From Chrysomallon squamiferum (lineage: Eukaryota > Animalia > Mollusca): a stretch of DNA of 64,000 nt. Location: positions 2,232,001-2,296,000 of the forward strand of contig CM022674.1 in the NCBI GenBank assembly GCA_012295275.1. Reading direction: 5' to 3'. Below, one piece after another: positions 58,129 to 64,000 of the stretch. Made by a program: the position numbers and the translations under genes. The notes beneath the pieces are model-generated. The model did not search any database. It was not told the origin of the DNA and saw nothing but the letters and a program-made list of their open reading frames with translations. Every line of letters starts with the position of its first letter. The first letter of the stretch is position 1.

Positions 58129-58888
58129 TCCACTTTCTCGGACATTCAGTCACACAGTAATATAAAACACATAAAAAGCCATCGAAAACGAACTTTTAGA
58201 AATGAATAGCAATACACGGTAACAGGCCAGCTTTCAGCCTTTGAACAGACTTTCCTTGTAACGATTTTATTCAAAGCTTTTTTTTTTTTTTATCACACAA
58301 ATAAACATTTAGTTTCACAACTACGATAAATGTATCTATCACTCGTGATTCACAGGAAAAGAGAAATTAATAAGATGCTGGGGGAAGGGGGAGGGGAGAG
58401 TGAGGGGGACGGGGGGAGGTTTAACATACCAACATGTTTTTGACATGAGAAATGACTTATAACAGTCAGATAGATATTTTTTTGTTTTGTTACCATAGGA
58501 TATAGAATATTGAAACAGTAATAAGTTACACTCCTCGATAACGTTATCTGATTTTAAATCACAACGGACATTTTATATATCTTTTTATTAGTCGAATTTA
58601 GTAATATTTTGGATTATGTATATTAGAATCAAAAAGTGAATTTTGTTTTGAGAGCGGTATTTTTTTTATTTATTTATTTATTTTTATTTGTTTCCTAAGT
58701 TAAATCAAGTTGAAAGGTTATTGCTCGGCCGTAAAATTTGATACTTGTTTTGTGTCGCGACAAAGAACGACAACTCTTTTTCAACGGATTCACTGACACG
58801 GAAAGTTTATTTAAATTGGCGTAATTGTGCAAACTACATTAGTCACTTAGTCACCCGTCTTCTAGCTCGCATCACACACACAGATATT

Positions 58889-58900
58889 CAACATGGCGGC
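58889..58900 (+). promoter_or_regulatory. YY1-type motif
   Basis: CAACATGGCGGC. Confidence 0.45.
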
Positions 58901-61010
58901 CGGACGTGTTTTGTCTTCCTCTGTGATGTAAACGTTTTCATTTCAGTATGTATGATTGTTTATATTTATATATATATATATTTTAAGACAGTTAACACAT
59001 TTCGTTTCATTACTTTTTTCTGTTTAATTTTCCTATTCTCTTTTCTTTTCTGTCCTCGTTAAAGTTTATTATTCCTTTATTTTATAGTTTTAAATTCTTT
59101 CATTAGTTTCATCTATTTTCTTTTTATATTTATTTTTATAATTAATTAATAAATTCGTTTATTTTATTTTTTTTAAATTTTTATAATTCTTTCTCTTTCC
59201 TTCATCCTTGAGATTTACAGTGAAGTTTCAAATAATTGACATCTTATGAATCGGACTTTGCTTTCTGCTCAACATTCAAAATAATGAAAATTTATTTTTG
59301 TCCGATATATATATATATATATATAATAATATCGTAAACTTCCATTCATTTACCTGTTTATCTATGTATTTAATTACTTAACGAAACATAGCTACTAACA
59401 GACACTGAAAGAACCGTACACACATACAAACACTTACACAAATTATACATAAAGACAAACACTTAAAAATATAAACACATACATAATGCATGCATGCATA
59501 CACACACACAAAAAAAACAACAACACATAACCATATACACGAAATAAGCACCATACAAGCTCCATACTTAAACATACATACATACAAAGTTCGTGTATCT
59601 TGCTTACTGCGTTCCATGTGATTATTTTAAACACACATTTTATTAGATCGATTTTCAAGTTGTTCCATCCTCCGACTTTTCTTTATCAGACTGTAATTTG
59701 CTGGAGCTCGGCTCCGCGAACAAACAGAGGATGCCAACAGTGACTCGCTTTAATTTGTGTCCATGATTTACAATGTTTTCCTTCCCTGCAACGTTTCTGC
59801 TTAAGAAAACATCCTTTAAGGAAGACGTCATTTACTTGACGTTCTCCAGGCGATGTTGTTGTAGTCGTTTTAGCACACTCCGGAGCAAGCGGGGAATTAT
59901 CTTTTCGCTGCCATAAATAAAATAAAAAAAGAAAAGAAAAGAAAAAGATGAAAAAAGAAAACGTGAATCCCCAAACGTGTATTTTCAAAGCTCTTTTCTG
60001 AAGCGTTATTCAAGCCACAAACTTAGAAAAGTAATCGTTTCACGGTTAACGTATCTGTTTAAAAATATTTTTTACGTTTGTTTTTTTCATGTGACAGTTT
60101 TATAAAACCGTTCTCCGTCGACCTGTACGTCCCATCCGTATATCTGTCTTATTCTTTTTCTTTTTCTTTTTTTGAATTTTTGTTCATCTATTCTCCATCA
60201 CGCATTTTTTTCTCTCATTTACTTCTTTTCTATACTTCTCTTTCAAACATCTACCTCTTTCAGTTCGTCTGTTCGTCTTTTTGTTCCCGTTTTCCTTGTT
60301 CTCCTTATTCATTCTCTTTTCTTTCTCTTCCCCCCTCTCTATTCTGCCCATTTCTTTTCTTCCTCTATACACAGTCTTGACATTTGCTGCTTTAGAACGG
60401 GAAAGTTCCGTGACGAATTCAAACTTCATCAGTCACATCCTTTGTTGACACTTTGACTTCTATCCCTGCTTTCTATAGTGCGCGTCATCACAAGTGAATA
60501 TAAATAGTTTTATATTATTATTATTATTTTTTTTTTTTGCACTAGAAATAAAAAAAAGATGTCGACAGAGATCTTTATTCGAAATTGTTTTGCGTGACGC
60601 CGAGCAATTGAAATATTCCGCGTCAGAGAAAAAAAAAAAAAAAAAAAAGAGAGCTTAATCTTACACCTTTGGGAAAAGAAAAATGAGAATAAATATGAAT
60701 AGAAAGGGATGATGATAGAGATGATGATGATGATGATGATGATAAAAGAGAAAGAAATAACTCCAGATTGAAATATCAAAAAAAAAAAATAAAATAAAAT
60801 AAATAACAATCGCCAAAAGATTTTGGATCATTATAACCACCAGCACTTTACATCTATATCGTCGCCGATTTCGTCACAACTACTATTAATGTTACCATTA
60901 TCACCTCTTCTGCTACTCCAATTACCACCACTTCCACACTACCACTACCACTACTACTACTACTACTATCACCAGTACCATCATTACTAATATAACATAA
61001 GGTCTACTAT

Positions 61011-61050
<40 letters not shown>

Positions 61051-61441
61051 GTTTACACTACTATCACCACCACTTCTATGTCTACTACTACTACAAAAAA
61101 TACGAATACCACTACTTTGCTTTTGTTAGTGCAACTACAAGCACTACGATGATATCATCATCGACATCATCATCTTTATCATCACCATTATTCGAGTAGC
61201 ACATAATAATAAACTCGAATAAGTCACGGGGGATGTACTACCATCGTTATAATACAGCCAGTTATTAGTCATTGATTATAACAGCAGCGCAAAGAGGACT
61301 GCCACATTTACCTGTATCTCTTTGTTCTCGTTATCTATTCTGTCACACACCTGTCGCCATGCACTGTTTCATTGAGTGGTTTTTCACAAAACTGGTTATA
61401 GTCTGGTGTAGCATAACATAACATAAAAAAATAATAAATAA

Positions 61442-61485
<44 letters not shown>

Positions 61486-61854
61486 GATATAAAAATAAAT
61501 AAGCGCGGAACCTGAAGAAGTTTTTTTTTTTTTTATGTCCGAGATGTAACTGATACTCAAGAGGCATTTTATTCAAGCGTATCACTGAAGTTAATCTTTG
61601 TGCATGCAGCTCTTTTCTTTTTAAATTATTATTTCTGCACGACATAGTATGCTTGTTGTATGTGTTCTCTGGTGTTTTTAAATATGCATTTTGTATTATG
61701 TTTTTGTTCCTAGCATACCTTCTGTCTTTTGTTCCTTCATTTTAAAAATGTTTTAAATGCTGTCCTCTGCATTTTTTCATTCTTTTATCTTTTTTAAATG
61801 TTATCTTGTGCCACATACCTTGCTCCTTTTGTGTTGCAAAACACCTCCAGAAAT

Positions 61855-61887
<33 letters not shown>

Positions 61888-63143
61888 TAACTTAACAATC
61901 TCAATGTTATTTTTAAAAAAAATAAAAAAAAAATTTGAGAAGGGTGGTATTCGTATTCATAATCCCGGCGTGATAGATTTTATTTGGAATATAATCTGGC
62001 TTTATACGAAGTGACATCATGAACTGGTAACCAGGAGAGTGATGACATTGAGGTGTAGAGGCTACAGAGAAGCTTTTGATATTAGTTCACACAAAACATG
62101 ACCACACTTCGGTTTACACTGTCATAGATAGCTTTAATTGTGTGTGTGTGTAAGCAAAGCAACGAACGTCATTTTAATCTTTCTTTAACGTATCACGTCT
62201 CTGTTCTTTGTGTCACGTTTCTCTGGATTAGGACGGCCAGTCCGTCAAACTGAAGTAATAAGAAAACAGACTGGAATAACGCTGAAAATAACGAACAAAA
62301 AAAGCTCAGCCGGTTAAGTTATGAGGAGAAAGCCCATTTCGAAACGGGACGCGTTTTTAGCTGGTCCGTCCGCCATTACCCGTTTCACCAGCATCAGTTG
62401 CATCATTGTAAAAAAAAAAAAATTGTATAAAATATTTTGTTGTACATACTGCTAGAGTTTAAACATAAGAATTATAAACACGATTCAAGCTTTGACTGAA
62501 AATTATTCACTGTGATATCATTAATGAAATAATGCTTAATTTTCAAAGGTTATTTAGTCAATAGGTTTAGCGTTCTTGTTAAAGATGACAGCTGATGAAA
62601 TATTAAGACATGTACTATAATGATGTCATTAAATAAACGTTCAGTTTCCAATAATTATTGATACCAGTTAAACCATAGTGTTTCTCGTTGTTAAATAATT
62701 TATTTACATTCAGTTGCTGGTGATAAAAATAATTCCTGGCTATACCTGTTCCATACGCAGATAATAATTTCAACATCCAGTAGCCGATATTGACATTGTG
62801 CTAGCTGTATCGTTAAATAAATACTCCATATCTGATAATAAGAAATTAATCAGTTAGCTTTAACAACATAATTTTAAGGAAAGCAAATATTAACTTTAAT
62901 TTTCATGTGTATCTTACAGACATTAGACTGATGTGATTTTACAAATAGCAAAACAAAAGGAAATCGTTTTTGTTATGGTTTTTTCTTCTCTTTCTTAAAC
63001 TCGTCTTGTATCGTTATTTTCCCCCCACTAAGATACTTCCGTCCTTTGTTATTACCTTTCCGCTGAAGAACGAGAACGTTATTACACAGAACTGTTTTCT
63101 CTCTAAACATTCTTTTTTTTGCTGAGCTTTTCGTCTCAGACGA

Positions 63144-63157
63144 GTAACCATGACAAC
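63144..63157 (-). promoter_or_regulatory. RFX X-box-like motif
   Basis: Reverse complement is GTTGTCATGGTTAC; directly preceded by the palindrome TCGTCT-C-AGACGA (63131-63143). Confidence 0.4.
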
Positions 63158-63278
63158 ATAATGACTTATGTTTTGTTTCCAAAACACAGAATGTTACAAC
63201 ACCTTCTCTTTCCCATTTTTACAAGCCTACTAGAGAAAGTGATGTCTTTCTCTCTCTGTCTGTGTGTGTCTCTGTCTC

Positions 63279-63381
<103 letters not shown>

Positions 63382-63402
63382 ATCTGTGTGTGTCTGTCTC
63401 TT

Positions 63403-63488
<86 letters not shown>

Positions 63489-64000
63489 ACAGACAGACAA
63501 TCTCTCTCTCTGTGCCTAGCTCACTCACTCACACTCACGAACAAACGTATGTCATCATGTCTTGTTCACGCTAAAAAAAAAAAAAAAAAAAAAGCAACCT
63601 CAGCGCTCACGAGTCGTGTATTATTTTATTAATAATCAGTTGAATGTTAAGCTCCGGTCCGGAGATAAAGGCCGTCTGAAAAGCGTCTTAAGAATTGATA
63701 AACACTTTTAATGAATGGAGTCCGGCACTGCGTGTTTTCTACGTAAATATCACAGTGTTGTCTTTAGCGACGTCCATCCAGTCTGGCAGTAATGGGTATA
63801 ATGCTGTATACGTAATACGTGCAATAATAATAATAATAATAATAATATATAAACTACTGAAGATGATGCTATTTCTGATAATATGAAGTATGATTTTAGC
63901 TGATAGTTTGTGTGTTTTCCGTTAATGAGACGCGAACCGTAAACCTCTTTGTGCGATTTTAGTTCATTGAGTTTTAGACAGGAAATCGTGAGTGTGTTTG

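Noticed and set aside
61188-61222. 10-bp inverted repeat TTATTCGAGT...ACTCGAATAA
   Set aside because: Short and AT-rich, in low-complexity context, with no other support

Overview
AT-rich, extremely microsatellite-dense, apparently non-coding DNA from an animal genome. CpG is not obviously depleted, which suggests an invertebrate such as a mollusc or crustacean; the taxon cannot be fixed from sequence alone. No complete protein-coding gene, rRNA, intact tRNA, CRISPR array or transposase/RT ORF is recognisable, and nearly all supplied ORFs are translations of simple repeats. Between the SSR tracts are CpG-richer islands carrying many perfect transcription-factor motifs (CRE, TCACGTGA E-box, PAR-bZIP D-box, DR1, RFX X-box, YY1, ETS/NRF1), plus a few candidate plus-strand exons. 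This fits the upstream region or first introns of a large, heavily regulated gene, possibly with alternative promoters (inference). Other structure includes a 37-bp minisatellite, a gap-free 102-bp diverged duplicate, tRNA-derived SINE-like remnants, and an SSR-poor 20.9-25.5 kb block built from several decayed repeat modules. I cannot confirm a novel system; the best leads are listed as hypotheses.
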